A stretch of 64,000 bases of DNA from an uncultured Pirellulaceae bacterium (GTDB lineage Bacteria; Planctomycetota; Planctomycetia; Pirellulales; Pirellulaceae). The notes beneath the pieces were generated by a model, which had not been told where the DNA came from, did not search any database, and saw only the letters and a program-made list of their open reading frames with translations. The DNA is taken from positions 2,152-66,151 of the forward strand of contig CAZURK010000044.1 in the NCBI GenBank assembly GCA_964623055.1. The letters run 5' to 3'. Position numbers and translations under genes: made by a program. Shown here piece by piece: positions 54,603 through 64,000 of the stretch; position 1 is the stretch's first letter, and every line of letters starts with the position of its first letter.

Positions 54603-56132
54603 TCATTCAGTTATTTCCTGGCGTGGACACTCGTAGGAAGTCGAAACCGGCCGGAGTCGGCACGGCGTCGGTGCGGCGTCGGTGCTGCGGACGGCAAACA
54701 GGCCGAACGCGGCGGCCGACCAGGCGTTGCGTTTCTTGATGCCGATCCAACCGAGGTCGGGATCGCCGCCGCGACCGTTGCGGAGGTCCTGCCAACTGTC
54801 ACCGAAGTAGATGCTCTTCCCCAGTTGCGTCCACTGCCGACCATCCGGGCCATAAAAGAACGTGGCGGTCTCGGCGCCGTCGACGTCGATCCGCAGATGA
54901 ACGTCTGTGCCGATGGTGTTCTCGGCTGTCCACAGCAACTCGCGTTGTCCGTTGTTCGTTTTGCCAACCGCGAAGACCTTCTTACCATCGCGATGGGTCG
55001 TGATCAGCCAGAAGTTCATGCCCGGATCGTGGTACATGCACAAGCCGGCAGCGTGGCCGGGAGCTGCAGCGTCGAACATGACCCTCGTGGAAAATTGAAA
55101 CCGCTTGTCGATCACGCGCTGCAGGAACACGGCCGGCAGCGAGTCCATTTCTATCGGCCGGGCGGCAGGCGGGTGAATCCTCAACCAGCCTGGACGTTGC
55201 GAAAGGGACCAGCGGCGGCCGTCTTCCTCCGGCTTGCAGTGGAAAAACCATTGCAGGTCAAGCTGCTTCGAATCGAACTCATCGGACTGTGCCAGGGCAT
55301 AGTCACAGGCGGGCAAGTTGGGAGCCTTGGACCGTTGCGGTGGTGCTTTGCCGTGGCGCGGCCGCCACCAGCCGTCGTCGGTCGCATACAGGACGGGATT
55401 GCCGGGATCCTCTTTCCACGGCCCTTCGATTCGCCGCGACCGCAGCACCGAAACCGTGCTCGGCTGATGTGGCCGCGTACCGCCGTCGGAATAGAGGATG
55501 TAGTACCAGTCGTTACGTCTGAAAATGTCCGGCCCCTCGAAGAACTTGTAGGGGCTGGTATCGATTTTCGTGACTAGTCGTTTCACACTCAGGCCGTCCC
55601 GTTCCAACTCGTAGATCTCTCCCTTGTACATCACCAAGTAGAGCCGGCCATCGGTATCGACGAAGAATCCGGGATCGATTCCCAGCTTGCCGAGGTGTTG
55701 TACCTGGTAGGGGCCCTCGGGACGCTGCGAATGGTAGACGTAGAGTTCGCGATTGGCCAGCGGGGCGTAGATCAGGAACATCTTGGTGTGCGGGTTGTAT
55801 CCCAACTCCAAGCCGTACACGCCGCCGCTTGACACGCCCCTCTGCAGATGCGGATTCGATCGGAATGCGTGGCCGATGTAACGCCAATGCACTAGGTCCT
55901 TCGAATGGATGATGGGGATGCCGGGCTGCCAGTTGTTGGTGGAACAAACGGAATAGTAATCGTCGCCCACGCAAACGACGCCCGGGTCGCTCCAGTCGCC
56001 GCGCACAATTGGGTTGGAATAGGTGTCGAGCAACTCTTGCAGTGAACCAGCGGGCGACCTTGGCGACGCGACTTGCGCCGCGGTCGCACTGGCCAGGATC
56101 ACCAAAAAGGCGAAGCATGAACAGGTCTTCAT
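54603..56132 (-). CDS. GH43-family glycoside hydrolase (beta-xylosidase/alpha-L-arabinofuranosidase-like) with a C-terminal beta-sandwich
   Basis: Signal peptide MKTCSCFAFLVILASATA. NPIVRGDWSDPGVVCVGDDYYSVCSTNNWQPGIPIIHSKDLVHWRYIG and FEGPDIFRRNDWYYILYSDGG are classical GH43 blades. The C-terminal domain is LamG-like. Confidence 0.85.
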   Translation of the reverse strand: MKTCSCFAFLVILASATAAQVASPRSPAGSLQELLDTYSNPIVRGDWSDPGVVCVGDDYYSVCSTNNWQPGIPIIHSKDLVHWRYIGHAFRSNPHLQRGVSSGGVYGLELGYNPHTKMFLIYAPLANRELYVYHSQRPEGPYQVQHLGKLGIDPGFFVDTDGRLYLVMYKGEIYELERDGLSVKRLVTKIDTSPYKFFEGPDIFRRNDWYYILYSDGGTRPHQPSTVSVLRSRRIEGPWKEDPGNPVLYATDDGWWRPRHGKAPPQRSKAPNLPACDYALAQSDEFDSKQLDLQWFFHCKPEEDGRRWSLSQRPGWLRIHPPAARPIEMDSLPAVFLQRVIDKRFQFSTRVMFDAAAPGHAAGLCMYHDPGMNFWLITTHRDGKKVFAVGKTNNGQRELLWTAENTIGTDVHLRIDVDGAETATFFYGPDGRQWTQLGKSIYFGDSWQDLRNGRGGDPDLGWIGIKKRNAWSAAAFGLFAVRSTDAAPTPCRLRPVSTSYECPRQEITE

Positions 56133-56172
56133 GTTGTGCGAGCGCATTCGCATCTCGATGCTCCAATCGTGT

Positions 56173-58194
56173 TTACTCCGTCACCGTCACCTCGCAGGTA
56201 GCGGTGTGTTTACCGTCGGTCGAGGTGAACGTGATGGTCGCCTTGGCCGGAAAACGGTGCGGCAGGCCGGCATGGACCATGATCTTTCCTTCCCGTGGGT
56301 AGGTAGGGCGGACCACGGCCGGGTCAATCTCTTTGAGCATGTGCGGCTGAACCCAGCAGGCGTCACTACTGACGCTCCATGTACCGGTTCGGCAGGTGGC
56401 GTCCTCGGGCGTGAAAACCGGTTTGATTTCTCTGACTTGGGCCAGCTTGAGGGTCATCGCGGCCGGCTCCAACTGGACACCTTCGACATGCGTGAAGGAT
56501 ACATCCAGTGGGATATCGAGCCAATTCTCCGCCTCCACGGCCTTGGTCGACCAGTCGCCCACGGTGTCCCACTGCGGAAAGAACCAGGTCGGCGCGCCGG
56601 CCGACTCGAGCCCGCGGCCGCCCCAGGCGGCGACGTCGGAGTCGATCTTGCCCAGCGCCACACGGACGTCCCACACATATTGCCAGGTCGCCCAGCCGCG
56701 ATACGGATAAGGACGCTCCGGATGCCACCACAACCAGATCCACCCTTTGTTCAGGCCCAAGTCGGGCGATTGGAGCGGACGCCGACGCACCCGCTGCAGG
56801 AACTTGCCCGTCACCGGGGCGAGCTCCTCCATCGAACAGAGGCGCGCGGTCAGGTCTTCGTCGGTCGCCCGCTGCGCCGCCTCGATACGGGCGGCCAGGT
56901 ATTGCGCGTCGTCGTACTTCACCGGCCGCGGTCCGTACCGGGCCCGCAGCGCCGTGACGCCGCCGTCTTCGGTCACCTCCAGCACCTGTTCGGCGCAATC
57001 GAGCACGACTTTGGCCCGCCCATGCACGTCGGGCCGCTGCATGTTGCGGTAGGCTCCCGTAAAGGCCTCGCGCCCGTCGTAGGTGTATTTGTAGGCCCAG
57101 CCGTCGCGATGCTCCACGCTCCGCAGCCAGTCGTACGACTCGCGGACCATGTTGAGCCCCACGTCCTTGTTCATCACGGCCGAGAAATAGGTGAGCATCG
57201 GGCAGGCGAAGCGGTTGAAGTTTCGCGGGTCGATCAGCGGTCCCTCGAACCGCCGCTGCCAAGTGGTTTCGTTCCAGGCGTCGGTCTGTCCACGCCAGCC
57301 CCGCACGTTGCCCAGCCCGACGTTGGCGTTGAGGATGTAGGTCGGCAGCAGATGGATCCGCTCGATGAACTTCCTCTCGCCGCTGAGCTTAAAGGCCATG
57401 ATCATCGTCCGCATGCCGTCCCACGTAGCGTAGTCGTTGAGCATGTATCCCGGCTCGTAGCCGCCGCCCCCCTTCCACGGCTCGGCCCGGTTGTGCCAAG
57501 TGTGAGGCCACGGTCCCTGCCAGAGTTCGTTGCGGGCCGGATCCTGGCATAATCGCACCGCCTCGGCGTGTTTCAGGGCGGCATCGAGATACTCCTTGTC
57601 GCCCGTCAATTTGTAGGCGTAACAGACCAGGGCGAATTGGGTGAAGCTATGAGCATCTTCGAACCGCCCCCAGCCGCCGCGGCCCGCGCCCGTCGAACGG
57701 CCGCTGCGCTGCAGCGCTGCGCCGGGGGGGAATATCCCGTCCTCGCGTTGCGTCTGGAGAATCGCATCGACGAAGTCGAGCCCGGCCTGGCGGTAGGTTT
57801 CCTCGCCGAGCATCTCATAGCCGCGGAACCACATCGCGCAGACCGCGCCATGGCCGCCGCAATCGTAGCCGGTCTGCAACGTCTGGCCCGGCTTCCAATA
57901 AGTCTCGATCAGTTGGTCGAGCAGGCCTCGCACGTCGGCCTCGCTCTGCTCGTAGAGCTGCATGTCGATCTTGGCGAGCGCCGCGTCCAATTCGGCCTGC
58001 GTGCCGGCCCGAGCGCGCGTATTGCCGGACGCCACGATGCCCAACAACAAAAATCCCAAAGCGGCCGCGACGTTGGGCAGAAACCTGGCGAGGCAGGGCC
58101 TCGGACCACTGACGAGCTGCCGCTCGGTTGCCAAACCTCGACCAAGATGCAACAACTTTGCCCAGACAAGATATCTAGATGGGAAGCACGTCAT
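56173..58194 (-). CDS. Secreted alpha/alpha-toroid (PL10-like) protein with a C-terminal Ig-like (Big_2-type) domain; paralog of 45680..47401
   Basis: It shares AELDAALAKIDMQLYEQSEADVRGLLD, VRGWRGQTDAWNETTWQRRFEGPLIDPRNFNRF and RGWATWQYVWDVRVALGKID with the paralog. The C-terminal ~90 aa, ATITFTSTDGKHTATCEVTVTE, is Ig-like. The start was moved to the ATG at 58194 because the upstream gene ends at 58227. Confidence 0.65.
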   Translation of the reverse strand: MTCFPSRYLVWAKLLHLGRGLATERQLVSGPRPCLARFLPNVAAALGFLLLGIVASGNTRARAGTQAELDAALAKIDMQLYEQSEADVRGLLDQLIETYWKPGQTLQTGYDCGGHGAVCAMWFRGYEMLGEETYRQAGLDFVDAILQTQREDGIFPPGAALQRSGRSTGAGRGGWGRFEDAHSFTQFALVCYAYKLTGDKEYLDAALKHAEAVRLCQDPARNELWQGPWPHTWHNRAEPWKGGGGYEPGYMLNDYATWDGMRTMIMAFKLSGERKFIERIHLLPTYILNANVGLGNVRGWRGQTDAWNETTWQRRFEGPLIDPRNFNRFACPMLTYFSAVMNKDVGLNMVRESYDWLRSVEHRDGWAYKYTYDGREAFTGAYRNMQRPDVHGRAKVVLDCAEQVLEVTEDGGVTALRARYGPRPVKYDDAQYLAARIEAAQRATDEDLTARLCSMEELAPVTGKFLQRVRRRPLQSPDLGLNKGWIWLWWHPERPYPYRGWATWQYVWDVRVALGKIDSDVAAWGGRGLESAGAPTWFFPQWDTVGDWSTKAVEAENWLDIPLDVSFTHVEGVQLEPAAMTLKLAQVREIKPVFTPEDATCRTGTWSVSSDACWVQPHMLKEIDPAVVRPTYPREGKIMVHAGLPHRFPAKATITFTSTDGKHTATCEVTVTE

Positions 58195-58226
58195 GTGAAA
58201 TCTCCGCAACAAAAGCGTTTTTATTG

Positions 58227-60008
58227 TCAGCGACTGGATTGCGGCTGCTCCAACGGTGTCGGGATCGTGACGAACTCGATCGTCTGATAGCCGTCCTTCT
58301 CGAAGAGTAGACCGATCGCCCCATTGGGCAAAATCGTCAAGTCGCAGTAGGCAGAGGGACCTTTGTAGACGACCGCCGAGTAAGGCCACGTTTCTCCGTC
58401 GTCGTAGCTTGCGCGGAGTGTCATGCGGACACGGCCCTTCTGCGTACCAGGATTCGCGAACAGAATGACGCCGGGTTCGCCGCCTTCGGGCCAGGAGTAA
58501 CGCCGGATCGACGCCTGGCAATGTGGTTCGGGCAACTGCTCATCGCGGCGGAAGAGCTTCGGGTCAAACGTTTCTCCGCCATCGTGCGACACGGAAACAC
58601 CTCGAAACTTCGCCGCATGGCGATGGTTGCGGCTGTTGACCATCACGTCGCCGTTGGATAGTTCAACCGCTTCGCATTCGTTCAGCCCGACCGGTGAGAC
58701 CGCTCCGATTCGCCAGTTTTCGCCGTTGTCGTCGCTGTAGATGATGTGGCTGTAGTAGTTGTTGCCGACGGAGCAATCGCAGGGAACGATCACGCGACCC
58801 TTGTATTTCCCGCGGGTCAGTTGAATGCCGGCGCCCGGCCCGGTGGCATACCAGTGCCAGCTTGGATGCTTGGTCTGTTCGGTAATGTCGCGAGGTTCGC
58901 TCCACGTCAGGCCGTCATCGTCACTGTGGGTGATAAAGACAGTTCGCCCACCTTCGCCCGCGCCGTGCGGATTCCGGCAGGTGAGCAAGAGAATGCGCCC
59001 GCTGTCCAGAACGACCGGACAAGGGTTTCCCGAGGTGCATCTTCCTTGATCGACGACCTTGATTTCCGGTCCCCAATTCTGCCCGTTATCACTGCTTCGC
59101 CGCAGAACGATGTCAATGTCGCAGTCGTCTCTTCCGGAATCACGGCGCGCTTCAGCAAAGGCGAACACGGTGTTCTTCTTGGAGACGACCAGCGCCGGAA
59201 TGCGGTACCGGAACGCCAGACCCCGCTCCTGAGACGGCTTCGCGGAACTTTCGTAGACCGTGCAAGCGGGGTATTGCGTCGTGTATTTCTTCTCGATCGG
59301 TTCGACGAACTTCCCGGCCGAAAGCACGATGGAACTGACCCGCGGATTCGAAATGTGAGGCATGAGGGCAAATTGGATGGGTTCGCCCGAAGGCAGCGGG
59401 CGTTCAGCAACCTGGTGGTCGTCGACATAGAAGGAAGCGACGTCGCCCACTCGTTTGATCGATAGGGTGACCGGTTTGCCATCGGCGATATTTCGCGGAC
59501 AAGGGTAGCTACCGTCCTCGAAGCCTTCCGGCATCTTCGAGCTGTGGATGCGAACCCCCTTGTTGCCTTGAAGATCGAAGTAACCCCAATTCGGTATTTG
59601 GATGAAGGGACCGGTCTGGACGGCGCCGTAGCTGAGCGTGACGCGATACTCGCAGTCGCCAACGGCGCTCTTCCGTGAGATTAGCCAGCAGCCTCGCTGC
59701 GCATATCCGCCAACGAAGTGAAGCTCCTCGCCAACGGTTTTCCAGAACGGCGCGTTGGCAAGGTTGGGGTGCTCGTCACGGTTCTTTTCGGTATAGCGAA
59801 AGGCCCCGTGTTCCGCCACCAGTCCTCCTCGCTCGACGATCTTGCGTTCTTCCGCGGATGATTTTGACGAGCCTATCGCCGGCATTAACACCGTCCCCAC
59901 CAGAAGCAAACACCGAACTCCCAGATAGTGCGCGCTCTTGCGTGGTTGCGTGTCGATGCCGGAATTGGGTTTGGCGACGCTGTAATCGGTCCGCATTGCA
60001 GTGCTCAT
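58227..60008 (-). CDS. GH33 exo-alpha-sialidase with an N-terminal LamG/concanavalin-like domain
   Basis: The FRIP-type motif is FRYRIPALVV. Asp-boxes are SSDNGQNW, SDDDGLTW, SDDNGENW, SHDGGETF and SYDDGETW. About 240 aa of beta-sandwich-like N-terminal domain precede them. Confidence 0.85.
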   Translation of the reverse strand: MSTAMRTDYSVAKPNSGIDTQPRKSAHYLGVRCLLLVGTVLMPAIGSSKSSAEERKIVERGGLVAEHGAFRYTEKNRDEHPNLANAPFWKTVGEELHFVGGYAQRGCWLISRKSAVGDCEYRVTLSYGAVQTGPFIQIPNWGYFDLQGNKGVRIHSSKMPEGFEDGSYPCPRNIADGKPVTLSIKRVGDVASFYVDDHQVAERPLPSGEPIQFALMPHISNPRVSSIVLSAGKFVEPIEKKYTTQYPACTVYESSAKPSQERGLAFRYRIPALVVSKKNTVFAFAEARRDSGRDDCDIDIVLRRSSDNGQNWGPEIKVVDQGRCTSGNPCPVVLDSGRILLLTCRNPHGAGEGGRTVFITHSDDDGLTWSEPRDITEQTKHPSWHWYATGPGAGIQLTRGKYKGRVIVPCDCSVGNNYYSHIIYSDDNGENWRIGAVSPVGLNECEAVELSNGDVMVNSRNHRHAAKFRGVSVSHDGGETFDPKLFRRDEQLPEPHCQASIRRYSWPEGGEPGVILFANPGTQKGRVRMTLRASYDDGETWPYSAVVYKGPSAYCDLTILPNGAIGLLFEKDGYQTIEFVTIPTPLEQPQSSR

Positions 60009-60077
60009 AGGGCCTCCTTCGTCAGGGGTTCTTCGGTGGCCTGGGGATCATGCGACGCAGCGGGTATTTTTCAAATG

Positions 60078-61262
60078 TCACTCGTCTTCTACTAGCCATT
60101 CCGGCAGCTCGTCGTCACCGGTCTCTTCGCCTTTCAACAGCCAGCTCAGGTTGAAGCGTGCCATCGTAGCGCCGCCTTTGGGGCCGCCTTCGAAGAAAAG
60201 GTAGATTTGGCCTTCCGTCTTCGTGTCGGGCCGACCTGCATACAACGAGGAGTATGCAAACGCCCCCTCGAATACCAATCGCTTCAGCGGCCAGGTCTTT
60301 CCGCCGTCGACGCTGACCCAGACGGTCCCGTGATGCCGGCCGCCGGGCGAATCGCAGTTGCTGAAGAGCACGATGTCTCGGCCCTTGACCGGCAGTCGCG
60401 TCATTCCGCCCATGCAGCCGTAGGTCGTATCCTGGGGTCCGTCGGGCAGGACTTCGACCACCTGCCAGTCACGCCAAGTTTCCCCGCCGTCGTCGCTCCA
60501 GGCGTGGCGGCGCCTCTTCGGCGGCTTGTGCTTGTTCCAGTGGCTACGGGAGTTGTAGTACAGCCGGCCGTCGGACAATTCGACAACGCAGGCCTCGCCG
60601 GTCGCTGTCTCGGCGAACGGCTTGCTCGTATCCCAGGTCTTGCCGCCGTCGTCGCTGTAGATCGCGGTCGTGTAGTGAGTGGGCCAATACTTGCGGTCGT
60701 TGCTTACGCCGTAGTGCCGCGCTGGTCGGACGAGCCGGCCTGCGTGTTCGCCGTGCCGCAGCGTGATGCCGTGCTCGTTCATGCACATGGACGGAACGTT
60801 GCCGTTTGCATCCGGTCGAATCGCCGTCTCCTGCACCTTCCACGTCTTGCCGCTGTCCTGGCTGCGGTAGACAGTCAAAGGCGCGGGCGGGTGTCTGTCT
60901 TCAACGAAAACGAGAACATCGCCGCTGGTTTCGTCGACGGTTGCCCCGCCAGCCTGAATTCCAGGTCCAACCGTGATTGGTTCACCCCAAGTCGCCCCAG
61001 CGTCTTGACTGCGGCGCACGCGGAGACTCGTGCGCCCCCACGTGGCTAGGACAGTGCCATCGGTCGCCACGACAACGTTTGGAAACCGCTCTCCTTCGAA
61101 GACCTGCGTGAAATCGAGCCTGGGTTCTCCCAAGAACGCGTCGATTTTTCCCTCCGCCGGATATCCCGCCGCGGTTACCTCAGCTTTTGCCGGCGCTGGC
61201 CCAGCCACTGCCGGTACGGTCAGACACAGCGAAGCAACGACGTAAGATGTTATTCTGGTCAT
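60078..61262 (-). CDS. GH33-like sialidase / BNR-repeat beta-propeller
   Basis: It has a signal peptide. Asp-boxes are SQDAGATW, SQDSGKTW, SDDGGKTW, SDDGGETW and SVDGGKTW. No canonical RIP motif was seen, so its activity is less certain. Confidence 0.75.
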   Translation of the reverse strand: MTRITSYVVASLCLTVPAVAGPAPAKAEVTAAGYPAEGKIDAFLGEPRLDFTQVFEGERFPNVVVATDGTVLATWGRTSLRVRRSQDAGATWGEPITVGPGIQAGGATVDETSGDVLVFVEDRHPPAPLTVYRSQDSGKTWKVQETAIRPDANGNVPSMCMNEHGITLRHGEHAGRLVRPARHYGVSNDRKYWPTHYTTAIYSDDGGKTWDTSKPFAETATGEACVVELSDGRLYYNSRSHWNKHKPPKRRRHAWSDDGGETWRDWQVVEVLPDGPQDTTYGCMGGMTRLPVKGRDIVLFSNCDSPGGRHHGTVWVSVDGGKTWPLKRLVFEGAFAYSSLYAGRPDTKTEGQIYLFFEGGPKGGATMARFNLSWLLKGEETGDDELPEWLVEDE

Positions 61263-61395
61263 GGGTCTGTCTCCTCAGGGCCTGCTTCTGTTGCTTGAAT
61301 TGTAGTGTATGTCCCGATAGGCTCAATGAAGTACATTCAGCGCGCACACGAATGCGTCCCCAAAGTCCACACACCGGCATGCGAAGGAGCCTCCG

Positions 61396-63648
61396 ATGGT
61401 GACAGTCAGCAAGCGAGTTCCCATAGCGATCGTGTTCTTTCTCTTCCTGTCCGTCGTCTCCGCAGCACAATCGGACGATGCCGCAGCGCCTAGTGTTGCC
61501 GTCGTGGTCGGCTCGACGGTCGACAAGTTGGAGCGTTTTGCTGCCGAGGAGCTATGCGGCTATCTCGACAAGCTGTACGGCATCGGGTCGCGGCCCAGGA
61601 CGGAGGTGCCCGAATCGGCCGAGACGATTCTGCTGATAGGAAGCCCGCAGACGAACTCCGCCGTTTCGAAGGCATTGGGCGAAGGCGGCTGGCCGAAAGT
61701 CAGCGATCAAGGGATTGTCTTGAAGCGGGCGAAGCTCGACGACAAACCGGCGATCGTGATCGGCGGCGGCAGTCCCGTCGCGACATTGTGGGCCATCTAC
61801 GAACTGGTCGAGCGGTGGGGCGTGCGCTATCTGATCGACCGTGACGTCTATCCGGCAAAGCGAAACGAGCCCGGATCATCGGAAAAGCCGGACTTCTGGT
61901 CAGATCTCCCGGAACTGGACGTGGTCATGGAACCCAACATGCGCATTCGCTGCTGGCGGCTGGTGAACGACTTGGCCCACGGACCGGTATCGTGGCCTTT
62001 GGAGGAGAACCGTCGGTTTCTGCGCCAAATCGCCAAGATGAAGTACAACCGCATTCATGTTTCCCTTTGGCCAACGCAACCATTCGTACACTACCAGTTT
62101 CGCGGGATGGAAAAGCCGCCAGGCGTGTTGTACTTTGGGCAGCGGCACCCGATCGACGGCGATACGATCGGGCGCGAGAGGTTCGCGGGCATGAGCGTCT
62201 TCACAAACCCGGAGTTCATCGGTGCGGACTCGCCGGAAGAGGTACGGCGGCGAGCGATTGGTCTGGTACGGGGCATTCTCCAAGAAGCCCGTGAACTTGG
62301 TTTCCAAACGGGGCTTTCGATTCAGCCGTTCGAGTGGCCGAAAGAGTTCATCAAGGTGCTGCCAGGTTCTGAGCCAGCCCATCAACTTGGCAGCCTGACC
62401 GCCGGACCAGGCAGCAAGCAATCGATGGACGACCCGCTGATCGGCGAAATGGTGGCGACAATCGTCCTCGCCTATGTCGAAACGTACCCAGAGATTGACT
62501 ACATCCATATTGGCACGCCCGAGTTCCGCGGTTGGACCGGCCAGGCGGAAGAGGCGTATCGGAGGCTTGACGCCCGATACAAGCTGGCGGACTTGGGCAC
62601 CTACGAGCAGTTGTGCGCGACGGCGCGCGGCCGGACCACGTTTCCTGGCGGAGGCGGCCGCGTGGAGGCCATGTTGAAAGGCGACTTGGCCTCGCTCTGG
62701 TTCTTCGATTCACTGCTGCGGGAAAAGCGGCTTCTGCGGCGACCCGGGGGCGGTGACGACATCAAGATTGTGTACAACGGCGTTGTGGCCGAACTTTTTC
62801 CGCTGGTCGCCCGGATGGTTCCGCCGGGCGGCGAGGTGCTAAGTTTTGTCGACTACACGGCCAGCCGACAACTTCAACAGCGTGACCTGCTTCGTCAGAC
62901 GCCACCCAATGAGGTTCCTGCCAGCCTGATCTTCACCCTGGCCGACGATAATGTAGGTGTTCTGCCTCAGTTGGCCACCGGCTCGTTACACGCGTTGATG
63001 GGCGAACTTCGTGAGAACGGCTGGGCCGGCTTCTACACGCGCTACTGGACCGTCGGCGACTTGGACCCAACGGTTCACTATCTGGCCCGCGCAAGCTGGG
63101 ACGAGTCCCTGACGCCGCAACGGGCATACACGGACCAAGTCGAACACGTCTGCGGTCGCGACGCGGTCCGGCCAGCGCTGGAAGCGTTTGCTCTCATTGA
63201 ACGGATCACGGTGGACTTGGACCAACACGGCTTGGGATTCGGCTTTCCCGTGCCAGGCATGATGACCAAACACTATCGTAGTGGCGGACTGTCGGCCGCG
63301 CTGAAGCGAGACCATGAACTGTATCTCTACGCCCTGAGGCGAATGGAAGAAGTTCAGAAGCACAGCCGGCCTGAAGGTCGTGATTACGCAGACCACCTCG
63401 TCGGTCGCCTTCGGTTCGCGGCCTGCTATCTCGACGCCGCCGAAGCCTACGGAGCAACGTCGCGCGCCGAGAAAGCGAACAAACCGGCCGAAGCCCGTGA
63501 TCAAGCCGAGGCCGCGCATGTGTTCATCCGCGAAGCCCTTAAAACCTATGCCCACGTCGCAAAGGACCACGGCGACCTGGGCGCGGTCGCGTTGATGAAC
63601 GAATACTGCTATCGTCCCATCCGAGACAAATTGAAGGAACTCCGATGA
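61396..63648 (+). CDS. Secreted glycoside-hydrolase-like protein (GH20b/GH67/GH115/DUF4838-type N-terminal domain plus TIM-barrel-like core)
   Basis: It has a signal peptide. VAVVVGSTVDKLERFAAEELCGYLDKLYG...ETILLIGSPQTN is the typical zincin-like N-domain of these families. NRIHVSLW and YIHIGTPEFRGW resemble barrel strands. The family is unresolved. Confidence 0.6.
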   Translation: MVTVSKRVPIAIVFFLFLSVVSAAQSDDAAAPSVAVVVGSTVDKLERFAAEELCGYLDKLYGIGSRPRTEVPESAETILLIGSPQTNSAVSKALGEGGWPKVSDQGIVLKRAKLDDKPAIVIGGGSPVATLWAIYELVERWGVRYLIDRDVYPAKRNEPGSSEKPDFWSDLPELDVVMEPNMRIRCWRLVNDLAHGPVSWPLEENRRFLRQIAKMKYNRIHVSLWPTQPFVHYQFRGMEKPPGVLYFGQRHPIDGDTIGRERFAGMSVFTNPEFIGADSPEEVRRRAIGLVRGILQEARELGFQTGLSIQPFEWPKEFIKVLPGSEPAHQLGSLTAGPGSKQSMDDPLIGEMVATIVLAYVETYPEIDYIHIGTPEFRGWTGQAEEAYRRLDARYKLADLGTYEQLCATARGRTTFPGGGGRVEAMLKGDLASLWFFDSLLREKRLLRRPGGGDDIKIVYNGVVAELFPLVARMVPPGGEVLSFVDYTASRQLQQRDLLRQTPPNEVPASLIFTLADDNVGVLPQLATGSLHALMGELRENGWAGFYTRYWTVGDLDPTVHYLARASWDESLTPQRAYTDQVEHVCGRDAVRPALEAFALIERITVDLDQHGLGFGFPVPGMMTKHYRSGGLSAALKRDHELYLYALRRMEEVQKHSRPEGRDYADHLVGRLRFAACYLDAAEAYGATSRAEKANKPAEARDQAEAAHVFIREALKTYAHVAKDHGDLGAVALMNEYCYRPIRDKLKELR

Positions 63649-64000
63649 ACCGTAGAGACAACCGATGATGGGAGACATGGCGATGGAGAATTCGGCGAGA
63701 AGACCGCGACCGGAGAACCTCGAGGAACGATGGATGTATCCCAGAGGGACCATCAATCCTCAAGGCGGACTGAGTTGGCTCCGAGAGCACTTCGTAACCT
63801 GGCGCGGTACGGCGTGTTTCGACAACCCGGACGAACACCGACGGTTGTTCGGCAACCAGTTTCTCTCGAAACGCAAGAAATAGGCAGTTGCCAAACGCAC
63901 ATCGATTGGATGTCCCAACGAAGTCATTCGACCCCTGTCCCCTTCTGCGGCTCGTCAGGGGAGCTTCCAGCATTCGATGCGGCTCTTCCAACCAGCCCTG

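Noticed and set aside
63665-63883. 72-aa ORF after the last glycosidase-like gene.
   Set aside because: I found no motif. Its start overlaps a run of ATG/ATGA codons with no RBS and it lies close to the window end. The evidence is insufficient.
1-64000. rRNA, tRNA, tmRNA, CRISPR arrays and riboswitches.
   Set aside because: Scanning the intergenic spacers by eye showed no cloverleaf-like tRNA sequences, no rRNA-like conserved blocks and no regularly spaced direct repeats. All spacers are under 370 nt. A covariance-model scan (tRNAscan-SE, Infernal) would be needed for certainty.

Overview
This is a high-GC (about 60% by spot counts), gene-dense bacterial chromosome segment. It probably comes from a Planctomycetota-type genome: many sulfatases, BlaI/BlaR1, TAT-signal Gfo/Idh/MocA, CxxCH beta-propeller proteins and AGGAG-type RBSs. 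All family calls below come from motif recognition by eye, with no database searches.

Most of the window is a host-glycan or sulfated-glycan degradation locus:
- three iduronate-sulfatase-like genes, one of them destroyed
- a GH20-GH89(NAGLU)-CBM32 fusion enzyme
- two GH33 sialidases, plus GH127, GH43 and GH130-like genes
- two paralogous alpha/alpha-toroid (PL10-like) proteins
- a PA14/LamG/BNR giant protein split by an in-frame stop
- a RhaT-type sugar transporter, an FGGY sugar kinase, a Gfo/Idh/MocA oxidoreductase and glycerol dehydrogenase

Embedded in it are the more unusual pieces:
1. A sulfatase gene whose core has been replaced by an AT-richer cassette. The cassette carries a single DUF4062-type (N-deoxyribosyltransferase/TIR-like fold) + coiled-coil + unknown-domain gene, which is a candidate stand-alone conflict or defence gene.
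2. A translationally coupled three-gene operon: membrane protein, CPBP intramembrane protease, and an RRE(PqqD-like)-radical SAM/SPASM maturase. No recognisable precursor peptide is present.
3. A BlaI/BlaR1 pair whose sensor carries tandem internal repeats. It is followed by an AT-richer block (about 13.0-17.9 kb) encoding secreted unknowns and a 940-aa HExxH/VCBS/CBM protein.
4. A pVHL-beta-like domain fused to a sulfatase.

I saw no rRNA, tRNA, CRISPR array, transposase or integrase. Many long antisense ORFs in the track are high-GC shadow ORFs and are rejected.
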